Part shown: in pieces, positions 24,607 through 32,000 of the stretch
Layout: each line of letters starts with the position of its first letter
Position numbering within the stretch: the first letter of the stretch is position 1
Source: Dickeya solani IPO 2222
GTDB taxonomy: Bacteria; Pseudomonadota; Gammaproteobacteria; Enterobacterales; Enterobacteriaceae
NCBI RefSeq assembly: GCF_001644705.1
Contig: NZ_CP015137.1
Coordinates: 4,440,001-4,472,000 of the forward strand
Reading direction: 5' to 3'
DNA length: 32,000 nucleotides
Translations under genes and position numbers: made by a program
The notes under the pieces: generated by a model
Told to the model about the DNA's origin: nothing
The model's input: the letters and a program-made list of their open reading frames with translations, nothing else
The model's database searches: none

Positions 24607-25356
24607 GTGAAAAATTACGTGTTAACTTTCTTAATGGCGGCGCTGGCCGGCACGGCAGCGGCTCCGGCGGCCTTTGCGGACGAGTTCTCACTGGGACTGG
24701 GCGCGGTCGGAGAGACCCCGGTATACCGGGGTGATAACGGTCATGTGTATCCTTTTCCGCTGGTGACTTATGAAAGTGAGAGCTTTTATCTGCGCGGCCT
24801 GCAGGGCGGGTATTACCTGTGGAATGACGCGCAGAACAAGCTGTCGCTGACGGCGTATTACAACCCGTTCGGGTTTAAACCGGGCGATAGCGATGATAAC
24901 CAGATGAAGCAGCTTGAGCGTCGGCGCGGTACGCTGATGGCGGGGTTATCCTATCGTTACGATGCGCAATGGGGCACCTTGCGCACCATGCTGGCCGGCG
25001 ACACGCTGGATTACAGCAACGGCCTGGTGTGGGACTCCGCCTACCTTTACCGCTTCAACGACGGTGACTGGAGCCTGACGCCGGGCGTGGGGATCACCTG
25101 GTCGAGCGAAAATCAGAACCGCTACTATTATGGTGTCACCGGCGACGAATCGGCCCGTTCCGGACTGCGCAATTATCAGCCGGATGATGGCTGGTCGCCG
25201 TATGTCGAACTGAACGCCGGCTACAAGATCAATTCCAGTTGGAGTACCTGGGTCAGCGGGCGTTATATCCGGCTGTCGGATGAGATCAAAAACAGCCCGA
25301 TGGTCGATAAAAACTACAGCCTGATGTTGGGCGGCGGCGTCAGTTATACCTTCTGA
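24607..25356 (+). CDS. mipA: MltA-interacting outer-membrane protein (MipA/OmpV family)
   Basis: ..FYLRGLQGGYYLWNDAQNKLSLTAYYNPF.., ..MLAGDTLDYSNGLVWD.. and ..RLSDEIKNSPMVDK.. match E. coli MipA. The GTG start at 24607 gives a plausible signal peptide VKNYVLTFLMAALAGTAAAPAAFA; the track start at 24478 is too long. Confidence 0.85.
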   Translation: MKNYVLTFLMAALAGTAAAPAAFADEFSLGLGAVGETPVYRGDNGHVYPFPLVTYESESFYLRGLQGGYYLWNDAQNKLSLTAYYNPFGFKPGDSDDNQMKQLERRRGTLMAGLSYRYDAQWGTLRTMLAGDTLDYSNGLVWDSAYLYRFNDGDWSLTPGVGITWSSENQNRYYYGVTGDESARSGLRNYQPDDGWSPYVELNAGYKINSSWSTWVSGRYIRLSDEIKNSPMVDKNYSLMLGGGVSYTF

Positions 25357-25392
25357 AGTAAATTGCGCAGTGATTGTGCATTGATTGCACAA

Positions 25393-25416
25393 AAATGGGG
25401 TGGATTCACCCCATTT
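25393..25416 (+). terminator. Hairpin after mipA
   Basis: AAATGGGGTG (25393-25402), loop GATT, CACCCCATTT (25407-25416). There is no U-run. It is preceded by the inverted repeat TTGTGCA-ttgat-TGCACAA (25374-25392). Confidence 0.4.
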
Positions 25417-25471
25417 GCACATTAATGGAGCGCTCGGGGTTTGTTACCCTAAGTACAGGGGGAGGAATAAC

Positions 25472-26323
25472 ATGACGAAACAGGTAACATTTCCTGATGG
25501 AAACGCGGTTCCCGCTATTGGTCAGGGAACCTGGTTTATGGGAGAAAGCGCCCAACGGCGGAGCAGTGAAGTCAGCGCATTACAGGCCGGCATTGATGTG
25601 GGCATGACACTGATCGATACCGCGGAAATGTACGCTGACGGCGGGGCGGAGGAGGTCGTGGGAGAGGCGATTCGTGGCCGTCGCGACCGTGTCTATCTGG
25701 TCTCCAAGGTGTATCCGCATAATGCGGGCGGCGAGCGGGCCATTGCCGCCTGTGAACGTAGCCTGAAACGCCTGCAAACCGATTATATCGATCTGTATTT
25801 GCTGCACTGGCGCGGCGGCATTCCGCTGGTAGATACCATCGCCGTGATGGAAAAGTTGCAACAGGCGGGCAAAATTGGACGCTGGGGCGTCTCTAATCTG
25901 GATACCGATGACATGGAAGAGTTATGGTCCTGCCGGGGCGGAGAGCAGTGTCAGACCAATCAGGTGCTGTATCATCTGGCGTCGCGGGGCATTGAGTATG
26001 ACCTGCTGCCCTGGTGTCAGCAACGTCGGCTTCCGGTCATGGCTTATTGCCCGCTGGCGCAGGCCGGGGAGTTGCGCCATGACCTGTTTGCTCACCCGGC
26101 GGTGGTGCGCGTAGCGCAGCAACATACGCTGACGCCCGCACAGGTGCTGCTGGCCTGGGTGACGCGCCAGCCTGGCGTCATCGCCATTCCTAAAGCCGCT
26201 ACGCTGGCGCATGTCAAAGAAAATGCCTCCGCGCTTCAAGTGACGTTGTCACCTGAAGAGCTCGCCATACTGGATGAGGCTTATCCCGCCCCGCACCGTA
26301 AACAGCCGCTGGATGTGGTGTAA
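25472..26323 (+). CDS. yeaE: Aldo/keto reductase
   Basis: The ATG at 25472 follows GGGGGAGGA. MTKQVTFPDGNAVPAIGQGTWFMGE.. shows the AKR pattern (..IDTAEMYADGGAEEVVGEA.., ..DLYLLHW..). The position between mipA and yeaD is as in E. coli. Confidence 0.88.
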   Translation: MTKQVTFPDGNAVPAIGQGTWFMGESAQRRSSEVSALQAGIDVGMTLIDTAEMYADGGAEEVVGEAIRGRRDRVYLVSKVYPHNAGGERAIAACERSLKRLQTDYIDLYLLHWRGGIPLVDTIAVMEKLQQAGKIGRWGVSNLDTDDMEELWSCRGGEQCQTNQVLYHLASRGIEYDLLPWCQQRRLPVMAYCPLAQAGELRHDLFAHPAVVRVAQQHTLTPAQVLLAWVTRQPGVIAIPKAATLAHVKENASALQVTLSPEELAILDEAYPAPHRKQPLDVV

Positions 26324-26329
26324 TCGAAG

Positions 26330-26353
26330 CATGGCTGGCAAAAGCCAGCCATG
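26330..26353. terminator. Bidirectional hairpin between convergent yeaE and yeaD
   Basis: CATGGCTGGC (26330-26339), loop AAAA, GCCAGCCATG (26344-26353). Confidence 0.6.
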
Positions 26354-26366
26354 AGCAGAATAGAGA

Positions 26367-27239
26367 TTATTTACGCAGGCGAATGGTGGAGGTAAGACGC
26401 GCCGGTGCTTGCGTGGTTGCCACGAGCGGCTGGGTAACGCATGCAGTTTCAACACACACAAAAGTCTGGTAGCCGTCATCGGTCATGTCGCTGATGGTGC
26501 GAGACAGTTCTGCGCCCGGGTTCCAGGCCACCACGTCGCTGTGGTGAGCATGATGCACTTCAATAGTGCGTTGCAACACCGGGTCCTCAATCAGGCTGAG
26601 TGGCGCTGGCTGGGTATAAATGCGGTCGGTACGGGTAGCAAAGGTCAGGTCGCCCTGTTGGGTATCGGTTTTGCCATCGTTAACTTTGTCGATAAAGGTG
26701 TTGCCCAGGCCGCCAATGCGGACTTTGCTGATATCCCCAATCTGGAAATAGGTGTGCAGCGCGCTGGTGATGCTGTAGTCGCCGTGGCATTCGAGTTCCA
26801 TGCGGCATTCCTGCGCGCTTAAATGGAAGCGAGCCAGTACGGTAAACGCGTGCGGCCAGGCGGCGTGTGTTTGTTCTGAATCACGCAGCGTGAAGGTGAG
26901 GGTAACGCCGTTCGTGTCTTCGCTGTGAGAGGTGAACTCCCACGCCAGCAGACGACCGAAGCCGTGGTTGGGCTGCGCAGCCGGGCCAAACCAAGGGAAA
27001 CAGATAGGCACACCGCCACGAATCGCTACGCCGTGCTCGAATGGTGTATTGTCGCTCAGCCACAGTACCGGTTGTTCACCTTTGGGCTGCCAGCTAATCA
27101 GATGCGCGCCTTGCAGCGCGATGGCGGCACGAACCTGCGGATGATCCACCACGATAATCGGCAGTTGGTCCAGTTGGCGCTGGCTCAGATGCGCAGTGAT
27201 CGCGTTATTGATAGGAAGTGAATAAATTTTATCGTTCAT
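26367..27239 (-). CDS. yeaD: Glucose-6-phosphate 1-epimerase (hexose-6-phosphate mutarotase)
   Basis: 290 aa from MNDKIYSLPINN..., with aldose-epimerase-like motifs (..GGVPICFPWFGP.., ..HGFGR..). It lies downstream of gapA as in E. coli. The track start at 27320 is a non-ATG extension into the ERIC element. Confidence 0.9.
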   Translation of the reverse strand: MNDKIYSLPINNAITAHLSQRQLDQLPIIVVDHPQVRAAIALQGAHLISWQPKGEQPVLWLSDNTPFEHGVAIRGGVPICFPWFGPAAQPNHGFGRLLAWEFTSHSEDTNGVTLTFTLRDSEQTHAAWPHAFTVLARFHLSAQECRMELECHGDYSITSALHTYFQIGDISKVRIGGLGNTFIDKVNDGKTDTQQGDLTFATRTDRIYTQPAPLSLIEDPVLQRTIEVHHAHHSDVVAWNPGAELSRTISDMTDDGYQTFVCVETACVTQPLVATTQAPARLTSTIRLRK

Positions 27240-27270
27240 GGTATTGGTTTTGCCTTGATGGTCTTGTTGT

Positions 27271-27460
27271 ATACCCAAAATAATCCGAGTTGTAGGACAA
27301 CACGCTTGCGTGTTGAACAACGCAGTGCGTTGGCCCGACAGGGCAAGGCTCGTTAAGCGCCTTGTAACGCGGCAACCGAATGAATCCCAGGAGCTTACAT
27401 TAAGTAAGTGACTGTGAGGGTAGCCAACACACCTGCAGTTTGGAGTATGACGGGTATATA
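27271..27460. repeat. ERIC (enterobacterial repetitive intergenic consensus / IRU) element, long variant
   Basis: The core GAATCCCAGGAGCTTACATTAAGTAAGTGACTGTGAGGGTAGCCAACACACCTGCAGTTTGGAGTATGACGGGTATA matches the remembered ERIC consensus (..GAATCCCCAGGAGCTTACATAAGTAAGTGACTGGGGTGAGCG..GTATGACGGGTAT). The imperfect terminal inverted repeats are TATACCC... and ...GGGTATA. Confidence 0.75.
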
Positions 27461-27464
27461 CCCA

Positions 27465-27493
27465 ATAAAAAAGGGCGACTCACGTCGCCCTTT
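27465..27493 (-). terminator. Rho-independent terminator of gapA
   Basis: On the minus strand: AAGGGCGAC, loop GTGA, GTCGCCCTT, then TTTTTTATT. Confidence 0.8.
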
Positions 27494-27514
27494 CATCATC
27501 TGTTCATCGCCACA

Positions 27515-28522
<1,008 letters not shown>

Positions 28523-28859
28523 CTATTGGTTTGTGAATAAAAGGTTGGTTGTAAAATTACAAAAACCTTACTGAGCGTCAAGCGGAATCGTGTCAATCGT
28601 TGCGGTAAGTCAAAAGTCCGTTCAACAGTTGCGCGATAAACAGCTATCAGCCTAATTAAAGTGCATAACCTAATCATATGAGGAATACACAGGCATGGAA
28701 ACACCTGCCATAGGTGTAATTGTGACTGAGATCACAATTAAAAATGCCTTTGCCGCATGGGACTAAGTGTAGGTCAAAATAGGCTGTAGCGGTGTTAACT
28801 TTTTGTTAGAATTATGCTTCATCGCTCTGGCGAAAAAACCGTGTTTCAGAGAGAACCTG

Positions 28860-29276
28860 ATGACCAAGATAACTGTTTCACCACGTAATCTGGACGAGTT
28901 AACCGATCTGCAGCGGCATATCACGCAGCAGCGGGGGACGGAAAGTCCCTACACCGGCAAACTGCTGCACAACAAGCGTACCGGGGTTTACCACTGCCTG
29001 TGCTGTCATCAGCCGCTGTTTTATTCCGACAACAAATATGATTCCGGCTGCGGCTGGCCAAGCTTCGATCGCCCGGTGGCGGAGGATGCCATCCGTTATC
29101 TGGAAGATGACACCCACCATATGCGCCGTATCGAAATTCGCTGTGGTCATTGCGATGCGCATCTGGGGCATGTGTTCCCCGACGGCCCGCAGGACACCAC
29201 CGGCGAGCGTTATTGCGTGAACTCTGCGTCGCTCAGCTTTATCGATACGGAAAGCGGTCAACAGACCGATGGTTAA
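28860..29276 (+). CDS. msrB: Peptide-methionine (R)-S-oxide reductase
   Basis: The ATG at 28860 gives 138 aa. SelR motifs are [37 protein letters not shown] and YCVNS. It is divergent from gapA as in E. coli. Confidence 0.93.
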   Translation: MTKITVSPRNLDELTDLQRHITQQRGTESPYTGKLLHNKRTGVYHCLCCHQPLFYSDNKYDSGCGWPSFDRPVAEDAIRYLEDDTHHMRRIEIRCGHCDAHLGHVFPDGPQDTTGERYCVNSASLSFIDTESGQQTDG

Positions 29277-29300
29277 CGTCGCTAATACAATACTTTGACT

Positions 29301-29312
29301 TGAAACGTTTCA
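29301..29312. promoter_or_regulatory. Cra (FruR)-type operator candidate upstream of yeaC
   Basis: The perfect 12-bp palindrome TGAAACGTTTCA equals the symmetric Cra half-site arrangement TGAAAC|GTTTCA. It lies 30 nt upstream of the yeaC ATG and adjoins TTGACT (29295-29300). Confidence 0.4.
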
Positions 29313-29341
29313 GCTAAAATCTGACTTCAGGCAGAAAAAAC

Positions 29342-29653
29342 ATGCAACTGGATGATTTAATAAACAGCATGACCCCGGAAATCTACCAGCGTCTGGTCAC
29401 GGCGGTGGAACTGGGAAAATGGCCGGACGGGGTAACCCTGACGGCGGAGCAAAAGGAAAACGCGTTGCAGATGGTCATGCTGTGGCAGGCGCGTAATAAC
29501 GCCGAGGCGGACCACATGACGATCAACACCCGTGGTGAAATCGAAATGAAAAGCAAGCAGGAGCTCAAGCAGCGTTTTGCCGGCGATATTATCACTCCCC
29601 TGGAGCCTGCCACCGCTCTAAAGCCTATCACTACCCTGAAACCGCAGGACTAA
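29342..29653 (+). CDS. yeaC: YeaC (DUF1315) protein
   Basis: MQLDDLINSMTPEIYQRLVTAVELGKWPDGVTLTAEQKENALQMVMLWQARNN.. matches E. coli YeaC. It carries a proline/threonine-rich C-terminal extension of about 13 aa. Confidence 0.85.
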   Translation: MQLDDLINSMTPEIYQRLVTAVELGKWPDGVTLTAEQKENALQMVMLWQARNNAEADHMTINTRGEIEMKSKQELKQRFAGDIITPLEPATALKPITTLKPQD

Positions 29654-29698
29654 ACCCGGTCGCACCAGCATCGGCAACTGGCGTGATGCGCGCATGAA

Positions 29699-30340
29699 TT
29701 ACTGGCTGAGCGACGCGATAAAAGCGGGCAGGTTCGTCAGCGTGGCGCCGTGTTTCGCCATCACCTCCAGCGCCTGCTGACTATCTTTCGGGTGCAGATT
29801 AACGCCGCGGCAGCCGTCCGTCAGCACCTCGGTCTGATAACCCAACGCCAGCGCATCCAGCGCGGTATATTTAACGCAGTAATCGGTTGCCAGCCCCATA
29901 ATGGTGAGTTGGGTAATGTCTCTGGCTTTCAGCCAGTCATACAGATCGGTGCGGGTGCGGTGGCCGTTGTCGAAAAATGCACTATAGCTGTCGGTAAAGG
30001 GGTGTGTTCCTTTGCGTACCACCCAGTCTATCGCCTGTTGATTCAGCCGGGGATGGAAATCGGCGCCGGGCGAACCCTGTACGCAATGCACCGGCCACCA
30101 AATCTGTGGTAAGCCGTCCAATTCGCCCAGATCACCTACCTGGGTGCCGGAATTGACGGCAAAACTGCGATGATCCGCCGGATGCCAATCCTGGCAGGCA
30201 ATGACCATTACCCCGGCCTGCTGGCAAGCGGCGATAGCCTGATTCGCCACCGCGACCACGCTATCGCCGTCCGAGACGGCCAGGGCGCCGCCCGCACAGA
30301 AGTCGTTCTGGAGATCCACCAGTAAGAGTGCTCTGTTCAT
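29699..30340 (-). CDS. pncA: Nicotinamidase / pyrazinamidase
   Basis: MNRALLLVDLQNDFCAGGALAV.. shows the isochorismatase-fold catalytic pattern (D..K..C: ..GLATDYCVKYT..). It lies downstream of ansA as in E. coli. Confidence 0.9.
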   Translation of the reverse strand: MNRALLLVDLQNDFCAGGALAVSDGDSVVAVANQAIAACQQAGVMVIACQDWHPADHRSFAVNSGTQVGDLGELDGLPQIWWPVHCVQGSPGADFHPRLNQQAIDWVVRKGTHPFTDSYSAFFDNGHRTRTDLYDWLKARDITQLTIMGLATDYCVKYTALDALALGYQTEVLTDGCRGVNLHPKDSQQALEVMAKHGATLTNLPAFIASLSQ

Positions 30341-30400
30341 ATTGTGGTCTTCTTATTACTATTTTTATGTTCTGGATGCTGTGTATTGGTTGCAGGCGAT

Positions 30401-31420
30401 TTAATCTTTATCGCTCAGTTCTCCGCGCAGGTTTTGCTGCATTAACTGGCGAATCTGGTCAGGGGAAAGATCGTTCCTGCTTAACAGATAATGCAGTTTC
30501 GTCAGTGCCGCTTCAACCGTCATATCATACCCGCTGATGACGCCAGCCTGCGCCAGCGCATTACCGGTAGCGTAGCCGTCCATGTTGACCCGCCCGGAAA
30601 TGCATTGCGTCAGGTTAACCACCACGATGCCGCGTTCGGAAGCGCGCCGCAGTTCATCAAGCAGGCCCGAACTTTGGGGCGCGTTGCCGACTCCATACGA
30701 ACGCAGAATCAGCGCTTTTACCGGCTGAAGCAGGAAATTGCTTACCACATCGGCAGAGATGCCGGGATAGATCGTCACCACGCCGATCGGCTGCGGCGTA
30801 ATGGCATGCACGATCAGCGGCCCGCTAATCGGGTCGGGGTTGGCTGGCGTCAGGCGGCGGATGTGGATACCCGCTTCCAGCAGCGGCGGAAAATTCGGCG
30901 AGGCAAAGGCGTCAAAGCCGTCGGCGTGTGCTTTAGTGGTGCGGTTGCCGCGCAGCAGTTTGTTGTTGAAGAACAGGCTGACTTCGTTGACCGGGTGATT
31001 GGCCGCCACGTACAGCGCATTGAGTAGGTTGGTTTGCCCATCTGAGCGCAGTTCCGCCAGCGGAATTTGTGACCCTGTCACAATAACCGGTTTGGACAGA
31101 TCCTCCAGCATGAAAGACAAGGCGGAAGCAGTGAATGCCATGGTGTCGGTGCCATGCAGAATCACGAAACCATCGTACTGGTCATAGTGTTGCTGGATGT
31201 CATCCGCAATCGATTGCCAGTCAGACGGCGTCATATCGGATGAGTCGATCAGCGGCGTATATTCGTGAATAGTGAACGAGGGCATCTCCGGACGATGAAA
31301 TTCCGGCATCTGCGCCAGCTGTTGTTGCAGGTGGCCGGAAACCGGAATGTAACCGTGGGCGGAGCGCTGCATGCCGATAGTACCGCCGGTATAGGCGACA
31401 TAAATGGATTTCTTTTGCAT
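30401..31420 (-). CDS. ansA: Cytoplasmic L-asparaginase I
   Basis: The ATG at 31420 gives MQKKSIYVAYTGGTIGMQRS.., including the TGGTIG active-site motif and HGTDTM, over 339 aa as in E. coli AnsA. Confidence 0.93.
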   Translation of the reverse strand: MQKKSIYVAYTGGTIGMQRSAHGYIPVSGHLQQQLAQMPEFHRPEMPSFTIHEYTPLIDSSDMTPSDWQSIADDIQQHYDQYDGFVILHGTDTMAFTASALSFMLEDLSKPVIVTGSQIPLAELRSDGQTNLLNALYVAANHPVNEVSLFFNNKLLRGNRTTKAHADGFDAFASPNFPPLLEAGIHIRRLTPANPDPISGPLIVHAITPQPIGVVTIYPGISADVVSNFLLQPVKALILRSYGVGNAPQSSGLLDELRRASERGIVVVNLTQCISGRVNMDGYATGNALAQAGVISGYDMTVEAALTKLHYLLSRNDLSPDQIRQLMQQNLRGELSDKD

Positions 31421-31500
31421 GGATAGTCTGGGTCGGGACACTGTTGGTTAGAGAAAAGGTTAGCCGTGAAAGGCAGGGATTATAAAAAGGTTTCGGCGCT

Positions 31501-31528
31501 AAAAACAGCCCGGCTGAGCCGGGCTGTT
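31501..31528 (-). terminator. Rho-independent terminator of sppA
   Basis: On the minus strand: AACAGCCCGGC, loop TCA, GCCGGGCTGTT, then TTTTT. Confidence 0.8.
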
Positions 31529-31538
31529 CAGGGAGACG

Positions 31539-32000
31539 TTAACGCACGTCGCCGCAATTCAGACACAGCGCATAACGGTTTTGAGGATCGTTCAACGCGT
31601 CCAGCACCGACGTTTGCGCGCGAACCGTCTGCGCCAACTGAGCCACCGGTGCCGGCACCATAGCCTGCAACGCGGAAGGCAGCATGGCGTAAACCGAGCT
31701 TCTGACCTGATTGAACATCGCACTGAGCAGGTCCGGCTCTCCGGAATACCAGCTCAATTGATAATGTTCCAGCTTGGCCAGTTCCGCCGCTTTCTTCACG
31801 GCGTCGTCAAAGTCGCCCAGTTGGTCCACCAGTCCGTTGGCTTTGGCATCGCTGCCGACCCAGACATGCCCTTGCGCGATCTCATCCACTTCCTGCGGCG
31901 TTTTCTTGCGAGACTCCGCCACCAGTGAAATAAAGTTCTGATAACCGCGCTCGATATTGAGTTGCATCAGTTGGCTGGCTTCGGTCGGCAAGGCCTTGGT
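31539..32000 (-). CDS. sppA: Signal peptide peptidase A (protease IV), C-terminal part, truncated by the window edge
   Basis: ..FISLVAESRKKTPQEVDEIAQGHVWVGSDAKANGLVDQLGDFDDAVKKAAELAKL.. matches the SppA C-terminus. The reading frame stays open to the window end. It lies upstream of ansA as in E. coli. Confidence 0.85.
   Translation of the reverse strand, partial: TKALPTEASQLMQLNIERGYQNFISLVAESRKKTPQEVDEIAQGHVWVGSDAKANGLVDQLGDFDDAVKKAAELAKLEHYQLSWYSGEPDLLSAMFNQVRSSVYAMLPSALQAMVPAPVAQLAQTVRAQTSVLDALNDPQNRYALCLNCGDVR

Noticed and set aside
27170-27440. Apparent 1-nt frame discrepancy in yeaD near 27180 when I indexed codons by hand. I read GGCGCCTGG where the track translations imply GGCGCTGG.
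   Set aside because: The ORF track shows intact ORFs crossing this point on both strands (26367-27320 minus and 26925-27221 plus), and coordinates agree again at 27440. This is most likely my own reading error, not a real frameshift. Coordinates in this stretch may be off by 1.

Overview
This is a chromosomal window from an enterobacterium. Gene content and composition suggest Pectobacteriaceae or a Dickeya-like organism, but I cannot verify that without a search. Most of it consists of two blocks that match my recollection of E. coli K-12 gene order. The left block is eda-purT-ptrB-holE-yobA-yebZ, with yebY and the SdsR/RyeA sRNA pair further right. The right block is yeaQ, yeaH-yeaG, mipA, yeaE, yeaD, gapA, msrB, yeaC, pncA, ansA, sppA. 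Accessory material sits between and inside these blocks: ftnA with two strong Fur boxes, a Sec-signal Serratia-family nuclease, an AT-rich islet encoding a secreted cupin-like protein, and a 5-kb Opp/Dpp/Nik-family ABC importer with a fused permease and a palindromic operator candidate. The most interesting accessory element is a four-gene, translationally coupled signalling cassette at 8240-12695 (minus strand). It encodes a stand-alone FIST sensor protein, a soluble histidine kinase with no sensor domain, a REC-HDOD regulator, and a REC regulator whose HD-GYP-like domain lacks the HD and GYP residues. Neither regulator has a DNA-binding output, and no transposase or integrase flanks the cassette. 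It lies in a segment that separates yobA-yebZ from yebY-sdsR and looks inverted relative to E. coli. Other features not in the ORF track are a 38-aa lysine-rich ORF, an ERIC element, PurR, Fur and Cra-type operator candidates, and three separate sets of triple tandem repeats in leader regions. I found no CRISPR array, tRNA, rRNA or IS element. All homology calls come from reading the translations against remembered family motifs; no search was run.
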